IMG/VR virus record: IMGVR_UViG_3300049138_000179 | Location: 1 to 25,181 of that record | Source of the DNA: a virus | Taxonomy: Duplodnaviria > Caudoviricetes | Reading direction: 5' to 3' (one strand) | Length of the DNA: 25,181 bases | In this document: piece after piece, positions 1-7,255 of the stretch | How positions within the stretch are numbered: the stretch's first letter is position 1 | How the letters are laid out: each line of letters opens with the position of its first letter | Made by a program: the position numbers and the translations under genes | Notes under the pieces: model-generated | What the model was told of the DNA's origin: nothing | Seen by the model: only the letters and a program-made list of their open reading frames with translations | Databases searched by the model: none

Positions 1-467
1 TCGATCGGCGGCACCTCGACGATGGGGGCGGCAGGCGTGGCCGGCCGTTCGTTGGTGGGCGGCTCGTCGCGGTCGGGCTCGGGTGCGGTGGAGGGCTCCT
101 GCTCACCACCCTGCTCACCATCCTGCCCATCCGGCTCGGCAGGCGGCTCCGGCTTCGGGTCCGGCTCGGCGGGGCGCTCCGGCGGCGGGGCCGGGGCTTC
201 GTCCTCGTCGCCGCGGGGGTCCTCGTCGCGGCGCGGCTCCTCGCTCTGCTGCCGCGGCTTGCGCGGCCGGTCGGGGCGCGGGTCGAGGCGGTGCCCGGGG
301 ATCCGGTCGTGCACGCCCTCAACGTGGTCGAGCAGTCCCCCCGGCTGCTCGACGGTCGGGCGCGGCTTGTCGGCGGCGTGAGCGGCCTGGTCGAGAGTGA
401 GCGCGCCGAGGATGGCGCCGCCGGTGAGGGCTGCCCCGAGCATGAGTCGTCGGATGGTGCCGGTCAT
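1..467 (-). CDS. Secreted Pro/Glu/Asp-rich protein, 3' end runs off the window
   Basis: Manual translation from ATG 467: MTGTIRRLMLGAALTGGAILGALTLDQAAHAADKP..., a signal peptide with an AHA-A cleavage motif followed by low-complexity P/E/D repeats. Open to position 1. Not in the ORF track. Confidence 0.7.
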   Translation of the reverse strand, partial: MTGTIRRLMLGAALTGGAILGALTLDQAAHAADKPRPTVEQPGGLLDHVEGVHDRIPGHRLDPRPDRPRKPRQQSEEPRRDEDPRGDEDEAPAPPPERPAEPDPKPEPPAEPDGQDGEQGGEQEPSTAPEPDRDEPPTNERPATPAAPIVEVPPI

Positions 468-749
468 GGCGCTCACCCCCCCCCGAGTGATTGCCTGGTC
501 CCCTTGACAGGACTGTCGTGTTGCTTTCCTACCAGCAAATGTTGCCGGTGGGAATCCCGTGGACCTTGGTCAATGTGAGAAGCCATCTTCGTACACACGT
601 GCGGTTTTGGCACGGATGGTTACGGCGTGTCGCGGGCCGATTGGTGATCGACTGTCCGATGTGTCGTACCTAGCCGGCCCGGCCTTTTCGGCATGTGAAG
701 AATCTTGCAAGGCAAGCCGATACGGGCTGTGATCAACAGTGCTGGCTGG

Positions 750-1160
750 TCAGCGGTTCCTGAAAACAATCTCGTACCGGTCAGCAGGGTACAGATCCAT
801 CAGACCGTCCGCGTGCTTCACCACGATCAGCGGCACACCCTCGGGCACGTCGTACGTGTCCCGCTCGGCTGGCGACGGCATCCGCGCCGACACCGCATCG
901 CTCGGATCGATGGTCACCAGCTCCGGCTCGACGTGCTCCCGCACGACCACACCGTAGCCCCGCACGTGGGCGGCAAGGCCCTCGTTGCGAAGTTGCGCAA
1001 GCGCTGCTCGGGCGGTCTTGGTTGCGACCCCGTACGTCTGCGCGAGCATCGTCTCCGACGGTAGGCGCTGCCCGGGTGGAATGTCGCCGGAGACGATCTG
1101 GGCGCGCAGCAGGTCGGCCAGCTCCAGATAGCCGGACGGGCCCCGCCCCGGGTAGATCAC
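750..1160 (-). CDS. GntR-family winged-HTH regulator (KorA/KorSA-like, short C-terminal domain)
   Basis: YLELADLLRAQIVSGDIPPGQRLPSETMLAQTYGVATKTARAALAQLRNEGL...RGYG is the GntR HTH signature. It sits next to a traB module. Confidence 0.9.
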   Translation of the reverse strand: MIYPGRGPSGYLELADLLRAQIVSGDIPPGQRLPSETMLAQTYGVATKTARAALAQLRNEGLAAHVRGYGVVVREHVEPELVTIDPSDAVSARMPSPAERDTYDVPEGVPLIVVKHADGLMDLYPADRYEIVFRNR

Positions 1161-1195
1161 CCCGGCAGGCTAGGGCCCGACACAGTGGACGGCGG

Positions 1196-1215
1196 TGGGC
1201 TAGCCAGCTAGCCCA
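1196..1215. promoter_or_regulatory. Perfect inverted repeat upstream of the gntR gene, candidate operator
   Basis: TGGGCTAGC-CA-GCTAGCCCA (9-bp arms), 36-55 nt upstream of the gntR start. Confidence 0.55.
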
Positions 1216-1225
1216 ATCCCGGCGG

Positions 1226-1486
1226 TCAGCGGGCCGCGTTACGGACCCGGGCGAACCGGTTCCACACCCTGCGGCCGATCCGCAGCTTGCGACCCGGGGA
1301 TCTGCGGCACACCCAGCAGTCGCGGAACACCTTGCCGTCGCTGCGGTAGTGCTTGGCGGTGCCCTTGCAGCACCAGCAGGGCTTCCACTCCCGCCACCAG
1401 CAGTCGACGCCGTAGCAGGCGGTCACGGCAAGGGCGACCAGGGCGAGCATCACCTGCCACGGCATCTTGCCGATCACGTCCCTCAC
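1226..1486 (-). CDS. Small membrane-anchored Cys-rich (CxxCxG..CxxC) protein
   Basis: MRDVIGKMPWQVMLALVALAVTACYGVDCWWREWKPCWCCKGTAKH...CWVCRR. The GTG at 1486 overlaps the upstream TGA (GTGA coupling). Real start lies inside the 1226..2107 track ORF. Confidence 0.7.
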   Translation of the reverse strand: MRDVIGKMPWQVMLALVALAVTACYGVDCWWREWKPCWCCKGTAKHYRSDGKVFRDCWVCRRSPGRKLRIGRRVWNRFARVRNAAR

Positions 1487-1737
1487 GCTGCGCTCCCTGC
1501 CCGACGCTTCGGTGCGGCCAGCGGCCTGTATGTGGTCTTCGCCCACGCGTACAGGGAGCGGCCCCAGCGGCGCCGCAGACCGGTCGTCTTGCAGCGTCGG
1601 CAAGGGCGCTGACGCTTCCGTATCAGGGTCTTGCGGAACTTCTTGCCCTTGCAGACAGAGCACTTGCCGAACGGGCTCACCGCACACAGCAGGGCGTAGC
1701 CCGCCAGCACGGTGGTCGCGGCGATCCAAGGGGTCAC
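1483..1737 (-). CDS. Small membrane-anchored Cys-rich (DnaJ-type Zn-finger-like) protein
   Basis: N-terminal hydrophobic helix, then PFGKCSVCKG...RPCRRCKTTG. GGAGG RBS upstream. Confidence 0.75.
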   Translation of the reverse strand: MTPWIAATTVLAGYALLCAVSPFGKCSVCKGKKFRKTLIRKRQRPCRRCKTTGLRRRWGRSLYAWAKTTYRPLAAPKRRAGSAA

Positions 1738-1764
1738 GGAGAGCCTCCACAGGCTGTTTTTGGG

Positions 1765-1879
1765 GGTCGCAGCGGGGTTGCCGCGACCGCGACTCTTTAG
1801 CGTCTATGCAGGTCAGGCCGGTCGCGTAGCCGGTCGCGGCTCCGCGACCGAACTCGGTGCCGCGACCGGCCGTGCGACC
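1765..1879. repeat. clt-like array of TraB recognition-type repeats
   Basis: Five perfect CGGTCGCG/CGCGACCG 8-mers (1782, 1819, 1831, 1843, 1861) plus shorter GGTCGC/GCGAC(C/T) cores at 1765, 1789 and 1874, immediately after the traB stop codon. Confidence 0.7.
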
Positions 1880-3924
1880 TATCTCCCGGCGATCTGCCGG
1901 TGTTCCTCGGCGGCGTCCAGGGCGGTCCGGCGGACGCCCTTGAGGTTCCGGCCGTTGACCTTCACGTCCTGGGTCTGGATGTCGTAGCGGGCCAGCGACT
2001 CCCGCACCATGTCCGCGGTGATGCCGGCGTAGAACTCCGGGTCCAGCTCGGCGAGCCGCTCGGCGAGGACACCCCACGGCATGCCGGACTCGCCAGGGCG
2101 GATGCACGCCCGCGCGTCGGCGAGCATGTCGCGGGCCTTGACCTTCTGCTTGTCGAACTTGCCAACAACCCGGCCGCCGCGCAGTTGGAGCGCCCGGTCG
2201 ATGACCCGCTCCGCGGTCGGCGCGTCCACGTAGTGGATCCGCACGATGGTGGGCTCGTCGAAGAACCCGACCGAGATACCCATGCCCTTGTCGGCCATCG
2301 TGAACTGGGTCGCCCGGTAGCCGTTTTTGTACATCGACGTGCCCAGGATCATGTCGTTCTCCTGCTGGCCCATGACCTTCAAGCAGATCCGGGCGCCGAC
2401 GTTGCCGCTGATGCCTGTGGGGGTGCTCTTGGCGTCGGGCCGCTGGGTGGCCAGCATCAGGATGATGCCGAGCGCCGGGCCACGTTTCGCCAGGTCAGTG
2501 CACAGAGCGTCGAACTCCTTGCCGTGCTCGGGGTGGGTGAACATCACCTGACACTCGTCGATGCCGACGACGATCGGGTGCAGCCCCAGCGACTTGTCGG
2601 CGGCCAGCTCGGGCGTCACCTTCGACTCTGGGCACACCTCCGGCGGCAGGCTGCGCAGCACCTTCGCCCGGCGGCGCATCTCCGCGACCAGGTCCCGCAG
2701 GGCGGTGAGCAGCGCGAGGATCTCGTCGTCGTCGTCTCCGACGAAGTACCTGCGGGAGATCCGTTCGAACATCCGCAGGTCACCGGTGCCCTTGAGGTCC
2801 GCAGCCCAGATTTCCACGCGCGGGTCGAGAGCGGCGGCGAGCATCAGCAGCCGCAGCACGAACGTCTTGCCCATGCGGGGGATCGCGCCGATGAGTACGG
2901 AGACGAACATGATCAGCCCGGACAGAGGGTGGTTGCGCTCGTCGGTGGCGAACGGCAGCGGCTTGAAGATGTCCGCCCGACCGCTCTTGAGCAGCGGCCA
3001 TGCCGGCTGCTTCATGTGCGAGACGGGCTTGTCGCCGACCCACATGTGCAGTTGGCCGGCATGGGCGCCGGGCTTCAGCCACACCTGGTCCAGCGGCATC
3101 CGCAGGGCCGGCGACCCGGCGACCTGCACCCGCCTTTCCATCATCATCGCCGCGGTGACCCCGGCTGGGAGGTCGATGATGGCGAGGTAGCCGTCACCCT
3201 CGCGGGCGATCTCCTTCGGGAACTGGAAGTCGGCGGGCTCCTTGCCGTAGCCGGTGGCGAGCAGTGAGGCCCGGGCGATCTCGGCGGTGAGCTTGCGGAA
3301 CGGGGTGCCGGGCTGCACACGGTCGAGGATCGGCTTGTCGGCCGGCTGGCCGTAATAGGCAGCGAGCAGCGTCAACGCGACCGGCAGGGCGTACCACGCG
3401 ACGCCCGGTACGACGCCGCGGTGGTACGCCACGGCGAGGGCGACGGCCAGGACGACGAAAGCCGGTATGAGCAGCCAGATGTGCGTCTTGGATTCCTTCG
3501 CCCGCACCCGGTTGAGGCTCTGCCAGGTGAGGGCGTCGTTGGCGTCGGCGGCGTGGTTGCGCAGCTTCCAGTTCTGCTCCCCGCCGGTCAGGAAGAAGAA
3601 CAGGGCTCTGCCGGCACGCCAGTACCCCTTGGGGGCGTACCACGCCACCTTGGCGATGTACTTCGGGCTGCGGGTGGCGTGGTACAGAGCGGTGTAGCCG
3701 ACGTTCCCGCCGATCGCCCGCAGCGTCGTACCACGCTGCTGCTTGGACAGCATCCACGCGGGCAGGATGGGTCGACGACCGTTGTTGTCGGTGCTGGTGA
3801 TGGTCGCCCAGGTCTTAGACACCGTGTCGGGAGGGTCGACGGGGCCGCCTTGGCGGGGCGGGGTGATGACGACGGTTTCGGCGTCCAGGATTTCCTGGTC
3901 GGGCAGGGTGACGTCGGTGCTCAC
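1879..3924 (-). CDS. traB: TraB-type FtsK/SpoIIIE conjugative DNA translocase
   Basis: N-terminal TM segments, Walker A GAIPRMGKT, DLKG motif, Walker B IVVGIDE, KRGPALGIILMLATQRP, and a C-terminal wHTH-like domain. GAGGAG RBS. Confidence 0.9.
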   Translation of the reverse strand: MSTDVTLPDQEILDAETVVITPPRQGGPVDPPDTVSKTWATITSTDNNGRRPILPAWMLSKQQRGTTLRAIGGNVGYTALYHATRSPKYIAKVAWYAPKGYWRAGRALFFFLTGGEQNWKLRNHAADANDALTWQSLNRVRAKESKTHIWLLIPAFVVLAVALAVAYHRGVVPGVAWYALPVALTLLAAYYGQPADKPILDRVQPGTPFRKLTAEIARASLLATGYGKEPADFQFPKEIAREGDGYLAIIDLPAGVTAAMMMERRVQVAGSPALRMPLDQVWLKPGAHAGQLHMWVGDKPVSHMKQPAWPLLKSGRADIFKPLPFATDERNHPLSGLIMFVSVLIGAIPRMGKTFVLRLLMLAAALDPRVEIWAADLKGTGDLRMFERISRRYFVGDDDDEILALLTALRDLVAEMRRRAKVLRSLPPEVCPESKVTPELAADKSLGLHPIVVGIDECQVMFTHPEHGKEFDALCTDLAKRGPALGIILMLATQRPDAKSTPTGISGNVGARICLKVMGQQENDMILGTSMYKNGYRATQFTMADKGMGISVGFFDEPTIVRIHYVDAPTAERVIDRALQLRGGRVVGKFDKQKVKARDMLADARACIRPGESGMPWGVLAERLAELDPEFYAGITADMVRESLARYDIQTQDVKVNGRNLKGVRRTALDAAEEHRQIAGR

Positions 3925-3934
3925 GGCTGTCTCC

Positions 3935-4114
3935 TCAGTGAGCGGTGTCGAGGACGGCCTGTAGGCGTCCCTCGATGACGGTGGGCAGTTGGTAGCGGGG
4001 CATGGTGGGCTCGTCGTCCTGGGCGCGGATGAGGGCGATGGTGCCGGTGATGCCGCCGGTCAGCCGCGCGACGGCGGCCATCAGGTTCGCGCAGTTGGGG
4101 CAGTCGTCGGCCAC
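3935..4114 (-). CDS. 59-aa hypothetical protein with N-terminal CxxC
   Basis: Manual translation MADDCPNCANLMAAVARLTGGITGTIALIRAQDDEP...DTAH*. GAGGAG RBS; fills the gap before traB. Below the ORF-track cutoff. Confidence 0.65.
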   Translation of the reverse strand: MADDCPNCANLMAAVARLTGGITGTIALIRAQDDEPTMPRYQLPTVIEGRLQAVLDTAH

Positions 4115-4152
4115 GTCAGTGCTCCTCTCGCACGAGGTGGGCTAGGGCGGCG

Positions 4153-5109
4153 TCAGCCACGGGTGCGTAGCGCCTTCTCGTGCCGGTACAGCTGGTCGAC
4201 CAGCGCCGTGGAGGCCTTCCACCGGCGGGCGGTCAGTGCCTCGCGCATCCGGCGGCGGAACTCCCGCAGGCTCGGCGGGTTCTCGTCGACCTCGGCGGCG
4301 GTGTACACCTCGACGGCAAGCAGTTGCAGGGCCTTGTCGTCGGGCGTGCCGTAGTCGTCCTCCGGGCGCTCCCCGCCCGTGCCGCCAGGCGTGCCACCTG
4401 CGGTGACGGCCGGAACGGTCATGGTGTCGAGCAGCGCCCGAATGTCGTCGTCGGAGATCAATCCGAAGCTCGGCAACTCACCGGCCTCACCCCGGGCGCC
4501 GTCGTCGGCACGGTCCCGCAGCGCCGTCTCGTACGTCTTCCGGGCGTCGTCGACCTGGGCGTGCGCCCGAACACGGCTGCGGTAGTCCCGGGCGGTGTGC
4601 TCCGCGCCGACCGCCTCGCTGATCGCCTTCACCTCGTCGATGGCCCGGGCCACGGCGACGGCGTCCCGGCCGCGGGAACGGACCACGTCGACCTTCCGCT
4701 GCGCGTCGGCGGTGATCCGCACAGCGGCGGTCGACAGGGCCATTTGCAGGGTCAGCTTGCCGAGCACGGGGATGACCGCGCCGATGATGGCGATGGGGAT
4801 GGTCGTGGCGGCGAGGCCGTGAACGAGCACGGCCGCCACGGACACGGCCAGCAGCAGCCAGCCGAGGATCGCGGGGGCGCGAGAGGCGGACGCTGACCGG
4901 CGGTGCGCCCGCTCGTGCAGCATCGCCGACACCCACACGAGGTCGAACAGTGCGGCGGCGCTGTAGGCCACCCACGTGGGTGCCTGCGTGTCGAGCAGCC
5001 CGCCGACGGCCACGAGGGTCCAGGCGACGGCGAGCCCGGTCAGGGCGATCGGCAGGCCCCACAGGATGCCGTTCTGGGCGAGGTTGAGGGCCTTGATGCG
5101 CGGGGTCAT
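4153..5109 (-). CDS. Spd-like (SpdB/DUF2637-type) spread membrane protein
   Basis: Four N-terminal TM helices, then a coiled coil and a C-terminal PPSLREFRRRMRE helical domain. ATGA overlap with the upstream gene and AAGGAG RBS. Located upstream of traB. Confidence 0.7.
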   Translation of the reverse strand: MTPRIKALNLAQNGILWGLPIALTGLAVAWTLVAVGGLLDTQAPTWVAYSAAALFDLVWVSAMLHERAHRRSASASRAPAILGWLLLAVSVAAVLVHGLAATTIPIAIIGAVIPVLGKLTLQMALSTAAVRITADAQRKVDVVRSRGRDAVAVARAIDEVKAISEAVGAEHTARDYRSRVRAHAQVDDARKTYETALRDRADDGARGEAGELPSFGLISDDDIRALLDTMTVPAVTAGGTPGGTGGERPEDDYGTPDDKALQLLAVEVYTAAEVDENPPSLREFRRRMREALTARRWKASTALVDQLYRHEKALRTRG

Positions 5110-5378
5110 CGGGTCAGCTCCTTCGGGGCGTTCGGGCGGAGACGCTGCTCCAGCCACTGCTGCTGCGTCGGTCGCATCCGCTCAGCGGCAGTGGCGAGCA
5201 GCTCGGCGTCACGTCGCGCCAGCGCGGCCCGCTCAGCGGCCCGCTCCTTGCGGAAGTTGGCCAGGTACTCATCGGCGGCGGCCTGGTCGCCGTGACGGTG
5301 CACCAGGCGGCGTGCCACCGCGAACACCAGCAGCGGGATGCCGGTCCCGCCCGTGAGGATCAGGAGGACGTGGTTCAC
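5106..5378 (-). CDS. Small single-TM protein with coiled coil
   Basis: MNHVLLILTGGTGIPLLVFAVARRL... GTGA overlap with the upstream ORF. Confidence 0.65.
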   Translation of the reverse strand: MNHVLLILTGGTGIPLLVFAVARRLVHRHGDQAAADEYLANFRKERAAERAALARRDAELLATAAERMRPTQQQWLEQRLRPNAPKELTR

Positions 5379-5533
5379 AGCACACCCCCGACCTGCGTGG
5401 AGACGCACATGCCGCCGGCGCCGACCTGGTGGCCGGTGCACGGCTGCTCCTGGTGGTTCGACATGAACGCCATGGCGGCGAGGGCGGCACACACGAGGAC
5501 AGTGCGCTTCACCAGCTTGTCGACGAACGCCAT
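5375..5533 (-). CDS. 52-aa membrane/secreted peptide
   Basis: Manual translation MAFVDKLVKRTVLVCAALAAMAFMSNHQEQPCTGHQVGAGGMCVSTQVGGVL*. Start and stop both overlap the neighbouring genes. Confidence 0.6.
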   Translation of the reverse strand: MAFVDKLVKRTVLVCAALAAMAFMSNHQEQPCTGHQVGAGGMCVSTQVGGVL

Positions 5534-5760
5534 CACCGGTCACCGCCAACCAGGACGAGGCGGATACCGGTGTGCGGGGCGTACATGGCCGGGTTCTGCG
5601 CGACCCGGAACGCGAGGACCTGCCACGCCTGGTGGCGGTTGTTGCCGGCCGGCTCGACGGACACGCGCCGCTCGACGCCGGTGGCGGTGGTGTGGCGCTC
5701 CTCCAGCAGGAACGCGGTGGTGGGCTGCGCGGGGGCAGCCTTATCGCGGATGATGTTCAT
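5533..5760 (-). CDS. Hypothetical protein (75 aa)
   Basis: ORF with GGAG RBS, translationally coupled to the downstream ORF. Confidence 0.65.
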   Translation of the reverse strand: MNIIRDKAAPAQPTTAFLLEERHTTATGVERRVSVEPAGNNRHQAWQVLAFRVAQNPAMYAPHTGIRLVLVGGDR

Positions 5761-5786
5761 GGGTCAGGACTCCGTTTCCTGGTCAA

Positions 5787-5824
5787 GGCACCCGGCCAGC
5801 GGTTGCGTCGCTCGGCCGGGTGCC
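5787..5824 (-). other. Strong RNA hairpin between the first two genes of the transfer operon
   Basis: GGCACCCGGCC...GGCCGGGTGCC 11-bp stem plus inner AGCG/CGCT pairs. Confidence 0.6.
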
Positions 5825-5837
5825 GCTTACGTGGTGG

Positions 5838-5990
5838 TCAGCGCCTGCGCTCGCGCTGCATGCGCTCCTCGTCCCGGATCCGGCGCTCGTCTCGCGCCCT
5901 GTTCTCGGCGACCCGCGCTGCCTCCTTGCGCAGTTCCTCGGCCATGCGACGCGCGTGTTCCGCCGTGTCGAAGTTGATGCCCTTGCCCAT
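5838..5990 (-). CDS. 50-aa charged coiled-coil protein, first gene of the transfer operon
   Basis: Manual translation MGKGINFDTAEHARRMAEELRKEAARVAENRARDERRIRDEERMQRERRR*. GGGAGG RBS. Not in the ORF track. Confidence 0.65.
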   Translation of the reverse strand: MGKGINFDTAEHARRMAEELRKEAARVAENRARDERRIRDEERMQRERRR

Positions 5991-6016
5991 CTCGTTGCCT
6001 CCCAGCCTTGTGGGTT

Positions 6017-6097
6017 ACTGTCCGATGATGCAACACTAACAGCGTCATCGGGAAGGGAGCAAGAGGTGACCGACAGTCGGACAGAAAGGGCTAGGAT
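6017..6097. promoter_or_regulatory. Divergent promoter region for the transfer operon and an HTH gene
   Basis: Leftward TTGCTC-N18-TAGTGT (6062-6033); rightward -10 TAGGAT (6092-6097). Inverted motifs CCGATGA/TCATCGG and CTGTCCGA/TCGGACAG. Confidence 0.5.
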
Positions 6098-6104
6098 CAT
6101 GCGC

Positions 6105-6323
6105 GTGGCGAGACCCAGATGGACCCCTCAGACCGAAGAGCAGCGGCGAGCGATCACCGCCGTCGAGCGCGCAGCCAAGCGAGCCGACGAAGCCGACGAG
6201 CTGCTCTGGGAGGCGGTCAGGGCCGCCCACAAGGTGGACGTGCCACCCGCGCACCTCGCCGAGAAGGCGGGCCGGGCCCGATCTACGGTGTACCGCCACC
6301 TGCCCGAACAGCCTGGCGCCTGA
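6105..6323 (+). CDS. Small HTH DNA-binding protein
   Basis: ...LWEAVRAAHKVDVPPAHLAEKAGRARSTVYRHL is HTH-like. GTG 6105 is 7 nt after TAGGAT (leaderless candidate); alternative start ATG 6099. Confidence 0.8.
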   Translation: MARPRWTPQTEEQRRAITAVERAAKRADEADELLWEAVRAAHKVDVPPAHLAEKAGRARSTVYRHLPEQPGA

Positions 6324-6333
6324 CCCCTGACGT

Positions 6334-6381
6334 ACGAAAGCGCCCCCGCCCGGCCCGAAGGCTGGACGGGGGCGCTGTCGT
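6334..6381. terminator. Bidirectional hairpin terminator
   Basis: ACGAAAGCGCCCCCG...CGGGGGCGCTGTCGT between convergent genes. Confidence 0.75.
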
Positions 6382-6389
6382 GTGGTTGT

Positions 6390-6803
6390 TCAGCGGCGGC
6401 CGTCGCGGATCTGGTAGAGCCGGGCCTCCTTGACTCCCGCGGCGGCGGCGATGTCGGCGCGGCGCAGCTCGGTCCGCAGCGCCGCGCGGATCAGCTCATC
6501 GCGCTCGGCGACCTGCTCGGCGAGGCGCTTCTCGGTGGCGGTGATTGCGGCGGCGGTCTCTTCGATCTGGACGAGCAGGTTGGCGGCGGCGGTGGCGACC
6601 GCGCCGATGCCGTACGACTCGGCGACCGCCCGGGTGATCACCTCGACGCCGGCCGGGGTGAGGGTCTGGGCGTCGGTGTTCCACAGGTCGGGGTCGTCGG
6701 CGATCTGGTCGACGTGGACGGTGACCACGTCGCGGGCGGCGGTGAGGGTGTCGATGCCGTGGGCGTTGCGGATCTTCTGGGCGAGGTCGTCGATGGTGCT
6801 CAT
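6390..6803 (-). CDS. Coiled-coil plus C-terminal HTH regulator
   Basis: MSTIDDLAQK...ERDELIRAALRTELRRADIAAAAGVKEARLYQIRDGRR. GGGAG RBS before ATG 6803. Confidence 0.8.
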   Translation of the reverse strand: MSTIDDLAQKIRNAHGIDTLTAARDVVTVHVDQIADDPDLWNTDAQTLTPAGVEVITRAVAESYGIGAVATAAANLLVQIEETAAAITATEKRLAEQVAERDELIRAALRTELRRADIAAAAGVKEARLYQIRDGRR

Positions 6804-6839
6804 TGGCGCTCCCTGGGTTCGTCTTCCCTGATGAGACCA

Positions 6840-6926
6840 ACCGTATAGCGCGCTACACATGCTGTCAAGCGCGCTAGGGATTTCTGTATAGCGCGCTTGA
6901 CGTAAGGCTCTATAGCGCGCTAGACT
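6840..6926. promoter_or_regulatory. Divergent promoters overlapped by four AGCGCGCT palindromic operators
   Basis: AGCGCGCT at 6847, 6868, 6890 and 6914. Leftward TTGACA-N17-TACGGT (6868-6840); rightward TTGACG-N18-TAGACT (6897-6926). Confidence 0.8.
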
Positions 6927-6960
6927 TTGGGCACAGGCAGGGCGAGCGAGGGAGACGGAC

Positions 6961-7131
6961 ATGACGGAGCGGGAGATCGGCGAGCAGGCCCCCGAGGGCT
7001 GCGAGTGCTGCGGCGGACCCGGCGCGATCGTCCGCCCCCACCCGAACGGCGGGAAGTACGAGGCCTGCATCCGGTGCCACCGATACGAGATCGAGCAGGC
7101 CGAGATCGACGCCCTGGCCAACGCGGCCTGA
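6961..7131 (+). CDS. 56-aa Cys4 zinc-ribbon-like protein
   Basis: Manual translation MTEREIGEQAPEGCECCGGPGAIVRPHPNGGKYEACIRCHRYEIEQAEIDALANAA*. GAGGGAG RBS and a consensus promoter upstream. Not in the ORF track. Confidence 0.75.
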   Translation: MTEREIGEQAPEGCECCGGPGAIVRPHPNGGKYEACIRCHRYEIEQAEIDALANAA

Positions 7132-7190
7132 CCCGCCCAGGGGCCCGGGCAACCGGGTCCCACCCGCACCCCGGAAACCGCTTACCTCCC

Positions 7191-7224
7191 GGGCCCCACC
7201 GTCAGCTACCCGACGGTGGGGCTC
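7191..7224 (+). terminator. Hairpin, likely terminator of the Cys4 gene
   Basis: GGGCCCCACCGTC...GACGGTGGGGCTC. Confidence 0.6.
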
Positions 7225-7255
7225 TCGTGTGGACGCTGCCCGGTACGGTGCCCGG

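Larger units (their letters stand above)
750..6323. mobile_element. AICE/plasmid-type transfer module (spd-like, traB, clt-like, GntR)
   Basis: Gene content and order as listed above. Confidence 0.8.

Noticed and set aside
485-749. Lower-GC intergenic region with a 60-aa ORF (491..673) or a possible ncRNA
   Set aside because: Atypical codon use, no RBS and no convincing structure. It is probably the promoter region of the leftward secreted-protein gene.
1765-1879. Repeat cluster as a CRISPR array or replication iterons
   Set aside because: Units are only 6-8 bp with mixed orientation and no spacer structure. No cas or rep gene is nearby, and the position after traB fits clt better.
1879-3924. 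Chromosomal cell-division FtsK or type VII secretion EccC
   Set aside because: Single ATPase domain, spd/GntR neighbours and no WXG100 or other secretion genes.
6390-7131. Calling the HTH/Cys4 pair a known toxin-antitoxin system
   Set aside because: No recognisable toxin motif and the genes are divergent. Kept only as a hypothesis.
6390-7169. 259-aa version of the HTH ORF and other over-extended track starts (9157..10143, 20199..21167, 17192..18130, 8350..9021)
   Set aside because: The extensions overlap promoters or neighbouring genes. Internal starts with an RBS or stop/start coupling fit better.
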